From Atractiella rhizophila (Eukaryota): 64,000 nt of DNA. The notes beneath the pieces are model-generated. The model made no database searches. It was not told where the DNA came from and saw nothing but the letters and a program-made list of their open reading frames with translations. Every line of letters begins with the position of its first letter. Positions within the stretch are counted from its first letter, which is position 1. The DNA lies in NCBI GenBank assembly GCA_021432655.1, contig MU271219.1, forward strand, positions 62,001-126,000. The letters run 5' to 3'. Below are positions 22,001-32,726 of the stretch, piece by piece. A program made the position numbers and the translations under genes.

Positions 22001-23956
22001 AGGTCCCCACCGCCCGAAGAACACTGGCATCCACCCCCAAGCGAGATCAAAGAGGCGATGGAGAGGCTCACCGGGAGGAGTGATTGGGCATGGAAGACCC
22101 CCGAGCAGCAGCGGACCGTCGAGGCCCAGTTCGGCTCACAGGACACCATCGTGGCCCTGCTGACAGGAGAGGGAAAGAGCATGACCTGGATGGTCCGAGC
22201 GCTGGCGAGCACCGACGGGAAGACCTCGTGGTGGTGGTCTTCTTCCGGGCTTTGCTGGAGGACCTCCAGAGGCGGACGGGCGCCTCGGGCATCCGCGCCA
22301 TGGAATGGGAAGGCTCGCACACCCCGATAGAACCCGGACACCGAATCATCTTCGTGTCCTCAGAGAGGGTCAAGCGGGGGGCTTTCCTCCAAGCGATGAG
22401 CCAGATGAGGGCCAAGGACCTGATCGGGCGCATCTACCTGGAGGAGGCCCACTCGTACGTCGTCGACGCCAACTACAGAGGAGCGCGAACCAGGTGTGGG
22501 AGCTGACGGGCCTGGCCCCGGTCACCCTCCTCAGCGCCACCTTCCCCACCCACGTGGCGGAGGCCTTGAGGGCGGCGCTGGGAAAGAGCGGCCGCACGGG
22601 ACCGGTCGAGATCAAGGCCAGGACGCGAAGGGGCGAGCTGAAGCTGCTGCACAAGCACGTGGAGCACGACCAGCTCGCGACGACGGCGATGCGGGAGCTC
22701 CTCGCGAGGGCGAAATTGCACCCAGACCCAGACAGCAGGTTCATCGCTTACTTCCACAAGACGAGAGAAGTGGAGGAGTTCGCGGCGGAGGCGGCGAAGA
22801 GGGGGCTGCCCTCCAGCCACTACCACGGGAAGATGGGGGCAGAAGAGAGGGCAAGAGCACAACGGGCTTGGGAGGAGGGAGAAAGCAGGGTCATGGTCGC
22901 GAACCTGGCCTTCGCGACCGGTGAGGTCTTTCCCCGGCCTCGCAGCGGCGAGCTGACAGTGGCTCAGGCATCGACCACCCCCACGTACGCCTGACCCTGC
23001 ACGTGGGAGAATGGCCGACCATGCTGGGGTTCGTGCAGGCAGCAGGCAGAGGAGGACGGGACGGAGCGCCCTCGACTGTGCTTGCCATCACCAGCGAACG
23101 CTCCATCACAGCCTTGGTGAGGTGGGCGGGAGGCGAACCAGACACGGAGGAGATGATCACGTACTGGAGGGAAGCCTTAGAAGGACAGTGCCTGAGGAAG
23201 AGGATCAAGTCCTACATGGATGGAGGCGAGGGCGAAGGGTGCAGAGAGGGCGAAGAGCAGAGCTCGAACTGCAAAGGGATCTCCTCGACGGCGCAGCTCG
23301 CTCAAGAGGAAACGCGCAGAGACGGCGAGCTCGAGCGGATGCCCTCCCGAAAGGACGACACCGGCCCCTCCGCCGCACCTAGCATGACTGGTGAGCACGC
23401 TCCCAAATGAAACCTGCCCCTGACACCACAGCAGGAAAAACAACGCCTGTGGGCAGAGAGGTTGCAGAACCTGCGATGCAAAGTCGAGACGGTGGACACT
23501 TACGCGGAGCGCTCGGCCCCTTTCTGCGTCGCGTGTCGACTGCTGGGAGCGGGACCGTTCCACACCGACGACACCTGCCCCCTCCTACGGGGGGTGTGCA
23601 AGAGGTGCGGGAGCGAGAATCATGGGGTCAAGAGATGCAAGGAGCCAGCACTGGGAGCATTGACCCAGACATGCAGGTACTACGGCCTGGCGATGGGGAT
23701 CCACCGCTTCGGGTGGAGCACGGCGGGCTCCCAATTCGGGTGCCACAGCTACCTGTGAGCGAGCGAGCCGGGAAAGAGGTTGATGATCCACTGTTGGCGG
23801 AACGAGAGGGGGAGGGTGTGCCAGGAATTCGGGCTAAGCAAGGAGGCGACATTCACAGAATTCACTGCATGGGCGAAGACCCCCGTGATGGGCCTCAACG
23901 GCTTCTCCAACAACCTTCAGCTGCTCGCAGCCTGGCGGGCGAGCAGAAACGTGTAA
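19064..23956 (+). pseudogene. Telomere-linked-helicase-like multidomain gene: C2H2/DUF3505-like Zn fingers, tyrosine-recombinase-like region, RecQ-type SF2 helicase, Zn knuckle; disrupted
   Basis: CHHGDC-x12-HRQAH finger. GGPAQGTE, YNK, LRQ, QAGH-x8-Y. Helicase motifs TGEGKS, EEAH, SAT, YHGKM, GID.P.VR, QAAGRGGRDG. CKRCGSENHGVKRC knuckle. Frameshifts near 20565, 21050, 22220 and 22480, and a TGA at 23756. Confidence 0.85.
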
Positions 23957-24012
23957 ACACAGCAGCATCCATAGGCGGCAGGCATGCAATTTCGGCAGGT
24001 GCATGCAGCGAG

Positions 24013-24511
24013 CTAGGGCAAAAAGGAGAAAAATTCATAGATTGCACAAACTACACATACACAGTATTCACCAAACGTCATCCTTGCCAAAATTTCTTCA
24101 ATCTCCTCCTCGGTACGGCTGGCAAGTTCGGCGCCCCCAAACCTCTGCCCCAAGTGAACCGCCTCGTGGGGAGCGCTCCCGTCCTTGTAGGTGTGGGTTA
24201 TCGAGATCCCATACTCCTCGTACCCCTTCATCCCCTTGCGAGGCAGGTGAGGTTCATCCAAGCCCAAATCGGCGCAACAATGCTTCGGATCCTTGTGGTA
24301 GGAGTGTGAGTAATTGAGGGTGGTGCCATGGAGTTCATGAGGAGTGTGCTCGAGGAGGCTGTTGGCAGGCCGCTTCAAGAGGACCCCGAACTCTGGGAGG
24401 AGGAAGTGGCCTCCAGATTCGACCTCCTGACCGCGGTCGTCTCTCGCCTTGGACTCTGAGACACAGTGTGTAAACATGTAGGTGTGGGGGCATTTCTCGT
24501 TGTGGATGTAC
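24013..24511 (-). pseudogene. TET/JBP-like 2OG-Fe(II) dioxygenase, C-terminal exon only (5' part not found)
   Basis: YIHNEKCPH (HxE), GGHFLLPEFGVLL, ELHGTT, YGISI. Preceded by a CTGAC branch site and a CAG acceptor ending at 24512. Confidence 0.6.
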
Positions 24512-26639
24512 CTGCGAACAAACACTTGGTGTCAGCGGTTAGATGCTTGACCATTCACGAACATGTAAGCGAACAAACTTAAGAGATCAGACTGGCGGTG
24601 GAAACCCAAAAAGGAGACAGCAAGTCGCGAGACAGCCAACTACTAACAGTACTTTAGGGTTCAACCCTGCCTCTCTCAGGAATGAGACCCAGGCTGAATC
24701 CTTGCCTCCTGGCTGCCCAGCTCTGTAGGCACAAGATCCTGGCTACATCCTTGCCTCTTAGGCACCCAGGGTATGACCCTGATGCTGTCAGGAACACAAC
24801 GGTGTACTGATGTACGTGGTCAGTGGGTGGAAAATGGTACGATTATCACTGCATGTAAGCCCCATTCACCAGTTCTCTTCGATCCCAACTCATGTTTGAT
24901 ATTTTAGAGGGTTGTTGCAGCGGGAGTGGAGAGAAAGATACGGGAAAGAAAATTGAATCTGTTGTCAGCGCTTAAGCAGCCGTTTCATAATATGTAAACG
25001 TAGAGTAAATGGGGAGACAAATATTACAGCAATACAAAACCCACAGAGCGCGATGTTTAAGGCCATGTTGGTTTGGTAGCTCATGCCGTTTTGTCCTCCT
25101 CCACTGGCAAGTTCAACAAATCTGAATCTGCTCGTTCAAGCTGACGAAGAGCATCTCACCGATGCAACCCATCCTCCTCTTCATGTCTCAAGGATTTCCT
25201 TCTACAACTTCACTCCTTCGTGGTCGATACTGCCGAGATGGCATTGATCATGACTCTTGAGCTATGCTGATCTCCATTGCTTGCTATTTCAAGTTGTGAT
25301 GCCTCTTTTGCTCTCAGGAACGTAACGTAACGCAACGTAGCGTCACCATATCTGGAACCTATTTGGCGGTTGTGGCTACCTCCCGCAAACCCGTGTCCAG
25401 TCTGTGGTTAGAGGCAAGCGATGTCACGGCTTGAACGTACCCATACATTCCTCCCCAACCTCCCTCTCAGTCCCTCCCCTCGGTTCAGCCCTCCGTTCCC
25501 ATCCCTCCGCCTTCCATCCCACTTCAGAGCGTCCCCTCAGTGACCCCGGCCACTCTTCCGGATGAACGCTCGTCCCATCCGCCGGCGTACTCTTCACACT
25601 CCCCTTCGCTCCCCATCACTCGCACGGTCTCCCGCTCTTCTCCGCTCGCTACCCTCCGGTGGACGTACCATCCCTCGCTCTCCCGCGTCTCCAGCTGGAA
25701 CCGGCCCAAATTGCTCGCTCGGGCTTTGTGGCGGAGGGACAGCGAGGTGTTGGGCGACGACTGGCCGTGGGTCGGTTCTTCTTCTTTCGGTGTCGGAGTG
25801 GAGGATGGAATGGGCGTAGAAGCGAGAGCAGCGGTGGCGAGGAACGTGCAGTACCTCAATGAGGTCACGCCGATGCATTTGAGGAGGACGAGAGCGATGT
25901 TGGCCGCTTGTGAATTATTGGACTACTTGGTCGCCATCCTGTTGATCGTCGGTCTGGCCGTTGAGAAGGGAGAGCAGCGGGGTTTATTGGCTGCCGCTGA
26001 GGTGTTTTTGGTCGTGGTCATCATCCTGAACGCGCTCGGGATGGGTTTGACGCGTGTGCGTCTTCTCTTATTCTTCTTGGGTCGACGGAGGTCATTATTT
26101 ACTTTACATTTGTGTGACAGGTGCGCCGGTGGAGGTTGATGAACGATCTCAAGACGAAAGCTAAAGACTGGTCGCCATCCAGTCTAAGCGCGTACCTTCA
26201 CCGCACTCGTAGCTTAGAGGAGGGTCGAGAGGAGTCGGATAACGAATCCCAGAAACTGAGGTGGCGGATATCGCACGAAGGTCGTTTCTCCCAATTGTCC
26301 CCTTTGCCATCTAAACTCATGATGATCCAGGCGGATTTTGGCTCGCGTATCGCCCACTCGTCACTGTCGAACTTATCCTTCCTCCGAGGAAGAGGACATC
26401 TGGAGCTGTAGCGAGAGAGAGGGATGAAGGAGAGGGGCTTCCCGTCTACGTTCCCGCTTCTCGTCCATCGAATGAAGGCGAAGAAGGGTAACCACGCATT
26501 CCAGTTTGTTCAACTAGGAAAGAGAATATTGTGCAATGCCCTGTTGGAAAGGAAAGCGGTGGTGTAAGGCTATGATATTGGCTTCGATTGTTGTACCTTT
26601 GGGAATATACACATGTGTGTGCTTTAATAGGAAAAACAG

Positions 26640-27935
26640 AACAATGAATACAAAATTGTACTTATATTACATTGGCACTACTCATTCTCTCGCATGGCCA
26701 TTCCGCTACATGAAACCGTTCTCGAATAGCCCTTCTGCCTTTCTGTTACACAATACTGGTTTCAGATCCTCACTCGTGATGAGAAGGTGCAAATCGTGGA
26801 CAAAACATATAACTTAGGTGGAAGAAATTCATGCCTTCAAGTTCCATGTTTCCACAAGAAGTACATCACCTTCGTCTACACTGAGAGTTTTACTCCAAAG
26901 AGCGTTTGGAAGCAAAGCCAAGCGATTCCATAGTTGCAAATCCGCCGAGCTCCAATGTCCAAAAACACCTCAATCTTCACGGATCCATCAGTGACGTTAG
27001 GTCGGCTAGAACTAAAAAAGTCGGAAAGGAAAACGAAAAATGAGAAGTGTCAAATACACAATAATTCAATGTCAAGTCTTTGAGTGAAGTTAATGAAAGA
27101 ACGTTGGAGAAAAAGTCGGAGGATAGAATATTGCTTTCGTCGTGACCTCCATCGACCGTCAAATATTGCAGCAATGCGAAACTGAGCGAGTTGGAATGGC
27201 TCGCGAAAAACGATCGGGCCAGCAACACGAGAGAAACCGTTGGAGTATACAGGAGGTACAGCGAGCCGAGCGCTTTCAAACATCCAGCTGAAAGGAAAGG
27301 AAACGGGACCTCAGGATATATTAGAAGAGTATCTACTGCTTGAACAACTATCTCGAATAGACTCCTCAAGAAATAACTGCTCGTCCCATGGATACGCAGC
27401 AACTGGAGGTTCATGGGCCGAGTTTGTCGGCAACAATCACTTCCAGCTCCTCCAGAGGATCTTGTAAGTTATGTAGAAAGATATGGGACAAAGTCCAGCG
27501 AGATTTGCTGTTCAACAGAAAGCAACCCACCCTATATTCGTCCCAATCTAGCAATTGCAAATCTCGAAGTCCTTTGAGATTCTCCAAAAGCACAAGAGCA
27601 TATTGCTCTCCGTGAGTCGATGATCGAGCGAGGTGCAAGATTGATATTGTGGGTTGAAAGCCTGTGACAATGCTGAAGAGATAGCGAAACAAAACATTCT
27701 TCTCAACATCTTCCCATCTGTAGTCTAATCGGTGCCAGAGCCTCTGAAATATTGGAAAGTCTTGCAGCCTTTTCAGTTTGGCCCATGCAAACTGTGGTTC
27801 GTGGGCTACAAGCGATAAGTGAGCTCTCCACGTCCGGCAAACTGAGCGATACACTTTGAAATTTATTCGATATTTGTTATCGCTCTTCGCCAGCCGTTCA
27901 AATATCAGATCTAGAAGCTCGGGTGGCAATTGCAT
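26640..27935 (-). pseudogene. F-box/LRR-like gene with frameshift; 3' end approximate
   Basis: MQLPPELLDLIFERL..YRSVCRTWR and LxxLxL repeats. The frame changes at 27411-27414 (CCATGA) with no intron evident. Confidence 0.6.
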
Positions 27936-28728
27936 GATGTAGGAAGGCGTTCTAATAGTCGATAATGCAAAAATCCCTGCTAACGTACGAAGAAACCGGA
28001 TCCTGTTTCGATATCGTGAGTCTCGTTTTTTCCGATTGAAAAGGTGCCAAGCTTGGAGCAACAATTTATGAAGAGCTGTTGTTCAAACGTGTGCTTGACG
28101 AAATCTCTGAAATGTTCGGTGAGCACGACCGCGCTGTCACGGCATAGTCCTTGGTCGTGGTGCACAAAGATAGCGAGGGATAGGGTAGAATTTGTACTAT
28201 TGTGGCCTTGCAGACTGGAAATCAAACTCATCTCGTTATCTTTCAGGGATTGGACAAATGGCAGCTGGAGAAATGTCGAATAAAGGCCCTCTTCGGTTTG
28301 CTGTCAAAGCTGTAAACGTCCAGATGCTGAAGCGGTGTGCCAAAGGATTTTGTCCAGCTTATCGATAAAGATCTTTGGCAGTGATCAGTAATATAACTAA
28401 TCACAGGCCCTGAAATCCTTCTTCTCGCAGACTGAAGAAAAGGTCAACATTGTAGTTGTTAGGGGGATGAAACGAATCAAAAACACACTGTCAGGCATCA
28501 TGCAACATACAACATCAATCATCACCTGTTGAAACGATATTTACATTATGATTACGTTGTTGATGAAGGCGGACGCTGACAGACCAGGACAGACAGGTAG
28601 AAGCTTTCTATACACGTGTACAAATAATAATTATGGGTATTACGAGAAGCTATGTGCAGGGAATAAGTACAATAGTACAACAATGAATTCAATGACTTCC
28701 CGAGCCTTCAGTCCAATACACAAGAATA

Positions 28729-29613
28729 TCATTCTCCTGTTACCGCTTGTTCCTTCTCCCAAGGTGGTTTTGCTACTATCTTCTCTTCTCCCCACATCCC
28801 TTCAAAAAACTCCGCCATTAGTTCCTCTACCTTGATAAACGTTGCATTTTGTCCATTTTTGAGATCATCATTGAGTGTCAACATCTTGTACGGTAAGGGT
28901 GGAAGGTTAGAGTCAGGGCTGTTGTCGGGCAGGAGACGGGCAAGCTCTCGTTCGAGATCCACAGGCGAACGGATAATGTGAAAAAGGAGCGGGCTATTGA
29001 AGAGAGAGTAGGAGTAGCGTGCGAGGAGGTGGAGGAAGAATTTGCGTGTCGACTCTGAAGACGAGGTAGGTGGAAAGGGGAAGGAGGACTCGCTGAATGA
29101 TTTCGTCATCCCGATTTGCAATGTAGATGAATCGATTCTCTCTCTTCCTCTTGGTTCCATAGAAGGAAGTGGTAGAAAACTGTCCAGGCCCTTCCTCTCG
29201 CCACCTCTTAATAAAGCGACGAGGATGCAATCACCGCACTGCTTGTTCCTTTCGAAGACGACTCTTTTGAACACATCCTCTGCCTGTTCATCATCTTCCC
29301 CAAAGCAATCGCGAAGATTGACCTCGCACACTACTTCGTCTTCTCCAACCAATTCGGGGAAGGGGAAACGCGAAACGATCTTCGACAGCGCGTTTCGCCG
29401 CCTGACATCTTTGGGGGCTTGGAGATGTAGAAAAGGTTGGAAGAAGGGATAACCCTCAACTGAGGTAAATAGACTGTCTTCTTCGTGTTCTAGGGATGAG
29501 ATCGAGGGGACACGATTCGAAGGATGAAATACCTGTTTAGACGTTAGTATATAACGGGAGAAGAAAGCAACGGACTTGAAGGATGTCTCCTTCCTCCTCT
29601 TTGAATGACCCAC
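28729..29613 (-). CDS. Hypothetical protein (start uncertain)
   Basis: 294-codon open frame with no recognisable motif. Confidence 0.4.
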   Translation of the reverse strand: MGHSKRRKETSFKSVAFFSRYILTSKQVFHPSNRVPSISSLEHEEDSLFTSVEGYPFFQPFLHLQAPKDVRRRNALSKIVSRFPFPELVGEDEVVCEVNLRDCFGEDDEQAEDVFKRVVFERNKQCGDCILVALLRGGERKGLDSFLPLPSMEPRGRERIDSSTLQIGMTKSFSESSFPFPPTSSSESTRKFFLHLLARYSYSLFNSPLLFHIIRSPVDLERELARLLPDNSPDSNLPPLPYKMLTLNDDLKNGQNATFIKVEELMAEFFEGMWGEEKIVAKPPWEKEQAVTGE

Positions 29614-30131
29614 TAGCCAAAAGTAGCGAGCGTATTTCCCTTTTCTCTTCCGCGTTCAAAAGCCCGTCTCGATTAACATCCGCTTTGGAAAACCAGGCAT
29701 ACAACCTGCCGCCAACATCAGGCCGGAAGTGACACAGGGAACGTGGGCAAACAGTGATTCTCTATGCTTCTCAATCGTATAATGCGCTGCTAGGAACGTG
29801 ATAGTGACCTCATTATCAACCCCTCTGAACCTACTCCGTCCCTATTCCTCGCATCAACCTACTTTCTAGACGAGATAGCGACAAATTCTCACAGTGGCGA
29901 GCAATTCATCCTCCCAGATGTTCCTGATCTCTTGCAAGATGGGAAGCGACAGGACTTTTGCGTTGTGGTGCAAGTACGGTCTTTTCCTCGTTCCGAAGCG
30001 GTCGTCTGATCTCAACGGTTAGTAACTGTCCGAAGGCTTGCTAAGTGACAAATACCAACTGAGGATGTAATTCGCGTATTTCAATCCTACCCACTCCCCT
30101 TCCTTATCCCGCCGTGTCTAATGATCCATTA

Positions 30132-30387
30132 NNNNNNNNNNNNNNNNNNNNNNNNNNNNNNNNNNNNNNNNNNNNNNNNNNNNNNNNNNNNNNNNNNNNN
30201 NNNNNNNNNNNNNNNNNNNNNNNNNNNNNNNNNNNNNNNNNNNNNNNNNNNNNNNNNNNNNNNNNNNNNNNNNNNNNNNNNNNNNNNNNNNNNNNNNNNN
30301 NNNNNNNNNNNNNNNNNNNNNNNNNNNNNNNNNNNNNNNNNNNNNNNNNNNNNNNNNNNNNNNNNNNNNNNNNNNNNNNNNNNNNNN
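30132..30387. other. Assembly gap
   Basis: Run of N. Confidence 1.
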
Positions 30388-32726
30388 ATGTCAGAGTATT
30401 AACACCGGATTAAATAGTGTCCGTGTTCTTAAGAGTCAGTCTTTATTAAGAGTCCGGACAGAACGCTTTTCGATTTTAGTCCAGTAACGCCGACGTCGAC
30501 TTGACGGAGGGCGCCTATTAATATTGTGTTTTATATTTATGCGACGCTGCATCCGCTTCACCTGACGCTTCATCCGTACCATCTGACGCTTCGTCCATAA
30601 TTATACGTTACGGGAGGTAGGGAGGTGGTGGGATTTAGAGAGAGGATTTAGGTAACACGTTAGCTTAGTGGTTTTTCGGTGGTCTCTCCTCCGTTCTGTT
30701 TGTTTACGATGCGGAGGTAAAGGCACGGATAGCAGGGGAGAAGGATGGGGAGAAGGAGGAGTAGAGGACGTTGGAGAAGGACAAGAAGATGAAAGTGGGA
30801 AATGCGCGAGGCTCCCGGCAGCTCCTGCATATGCTCCTTTACCTTCCTACCTCCTTCGATGGCCACCAATTCCTTGTCCTACCCTCTGCGAAAGCCTGCC
30901 TTACCGTTTGCTGCGGTTACCTCCTGAGCAAGACCAAACCCCGTCTCCTCTTCCCGCTCACACGTCTCTCTACCTAACGCGCACCTCTCAACACATCCCT
31001 CAATCTTGGACCAGTTGCACGCTTTTCTCTCGGCTTCGTCCTTCTTTCCAACCTATAGGAAACATTCAGAAAGGACGCCTAGAGGAGTCAACGAGAAAAG
31101 CAGAAAGGAGATCCCGAGAAACGTGCAAAAGTGAGTCAAACTATTCACTTCGATATCAGATGTCAACCTACTTGTACAAAAGAGGTGGAACTTATAAGGT
31201 CCTTCGCTGACATTACATCTAGAGAGGACAACTTCTCTCATCCAAACCAACGCAAGGATTTAGTGTGATAGTCATGAAGAACGACAGACACAATAAGTCT
31301 TCACTTGTAGATGACTGGACTGGATGCCTTGTTCCCTGAACCTATTTGCCGAGACGAGGCGATGACGAGAGGGAGGCTTTTAGGGAGGAGAGGAGGTTGC
31401 TTAGATGGTTTCGGATGGACCTTCGTGGTGGCGCGAAGAGTTTTCGGAAGGTGCAAACCCAGGCTTATGGTAAAATCTCTTGTACCCCTTAACTTTATAA
31501 GGAACTCCTCACACTACGGTAGGAATCGCGACATATTCCCTACCCCCTTAAACTACCATCAGTCGCGACTGAAGTTTTACCTCCCTCTTCTCTCTACCCC
31601 AGTCCAGGGACAAACCAAACTCCTACCCTTGCCCGACCTTCAGTAAGTAGTGAGGCTGGAAAAAAAGAGGAAGGGAGTTTCTACGACACGGTAGTAAGTT
31701 GTCCAACTACGTGAAAGGAGTCATTTCCTCACTTAGACTTAGACTCCCTATCATACCGATAGCTTAAGAGTTGGCTCAGGAATTAACTTCATCAGGCCGG
31801 GGTGAGCCTCGCCTGAGCTGATAGCAAATTTCAGTTCTGTTCAGTTGCTACCTTCAGCTAAGCTGTAGAAGCCTTAGGCGAAAGAAAAAGTCATGGAAAG
31901 GGCAAATTAAGATCAGCATCAGCTGCCTTTGTCCGGGTAATTTTTGGTAGACGAAATTGGAGGGCGGCTCAAGGCATTCTGCCAATCTGTTTGGCTCACG
32001 GCCCTCAAGTGCGTCGATCCCTCAATGTGTCTGTAGACCTGTAGGAAGTTAGTGGAAAAGCACTCTTGGCCCTTACACATTGAAGGATCGATGCGAATAA
32101 GCAAACATGGCTTTGTTAGCCTTATTATAGTGCAGCTCGACACTCTATCTTCCAGTCGGATATGGGAGCCATTGTTGCACTGTTAGGCCTTCCCAGGTAT
32201 GTGCAACAAGGTCATGGCTATATGTAGAGGAAACAAATGGAAAGAGTCGACAAAGAAGTGATTAAACCGCTGGAGCATGGGATGTGTCCACAACAACAAA
32301 GTCATGAAGCCGACGACGCACAATGGCAGCTAAATTCCCGTGACATTCATTGTGACAGCTCAGCGCTACAAAACTCAAGAGAACCCCCATTAACCTGTGG
32401 AACGCAAGGATGCAACAAGAACTGGAGACCATTGGTTCTCAGGGATTGGAGGCCGACCAGATTGAGTCCACGATGTTCCAGGATTCCTGATCTTCAAGGA
32501 ATCTAGAAGAGCTCTCCTATCCTCGCGCTTGTTGCACCCGAGTCCCCTGTTGGTCAGAAACATCAAACTTTGTGCAAAAGGGCGAAGTGGCGATGGCTGT
32601 GCTATCGGTGAGGAAGTTTCGCAGTGGGCGCATCACGTGATTTCTAATTGTAACTGGAAGTGGTAAAAGATTATTTACAGCTGGAATGTAAAATAAAGCG
32701 GAGGTTTGAAATATCGTATCGATGCG

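Larger units (their letters stand above)
17821..24781 (+). mobile_element. Putative GC-rich DNA element carrying a YR-like/RecQ helicase gene and a TET/JBP-like exon; boundaries approximate
   Basis: Interior is visibly GC/CpG-richer than the flanking genes. The left end is repeat-rich. Both end regions have inverted homologues at 43.1-43.8 kb. No target-site duplication found. Confidence 0.65.

Noticed and set aside
19374..24317. Many long overlapping alternative-frame and antisense ORFs in the GC-rich island
   Set aside because: Expected shadows of high-GC coding sequence. Motifs fall only in the frames used for the helicase and dioxygenase calls.
25319..25345. (AACGT)n short repeat
   Set aside because: Ordinary degenerate microsatellite.
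25524..26411. GC-rich ORFs on both strands
   Set aside because: Possibly a decayed gene, but no motif or consistent exon structure I can support.
31770..31885. Possible structured ncRNA (GCTCAGG...CCTGAGC pairing)
   Set aside because: Short pairing only, with no recognisable tRNA, snRNA or RNase P/MRP motifs.
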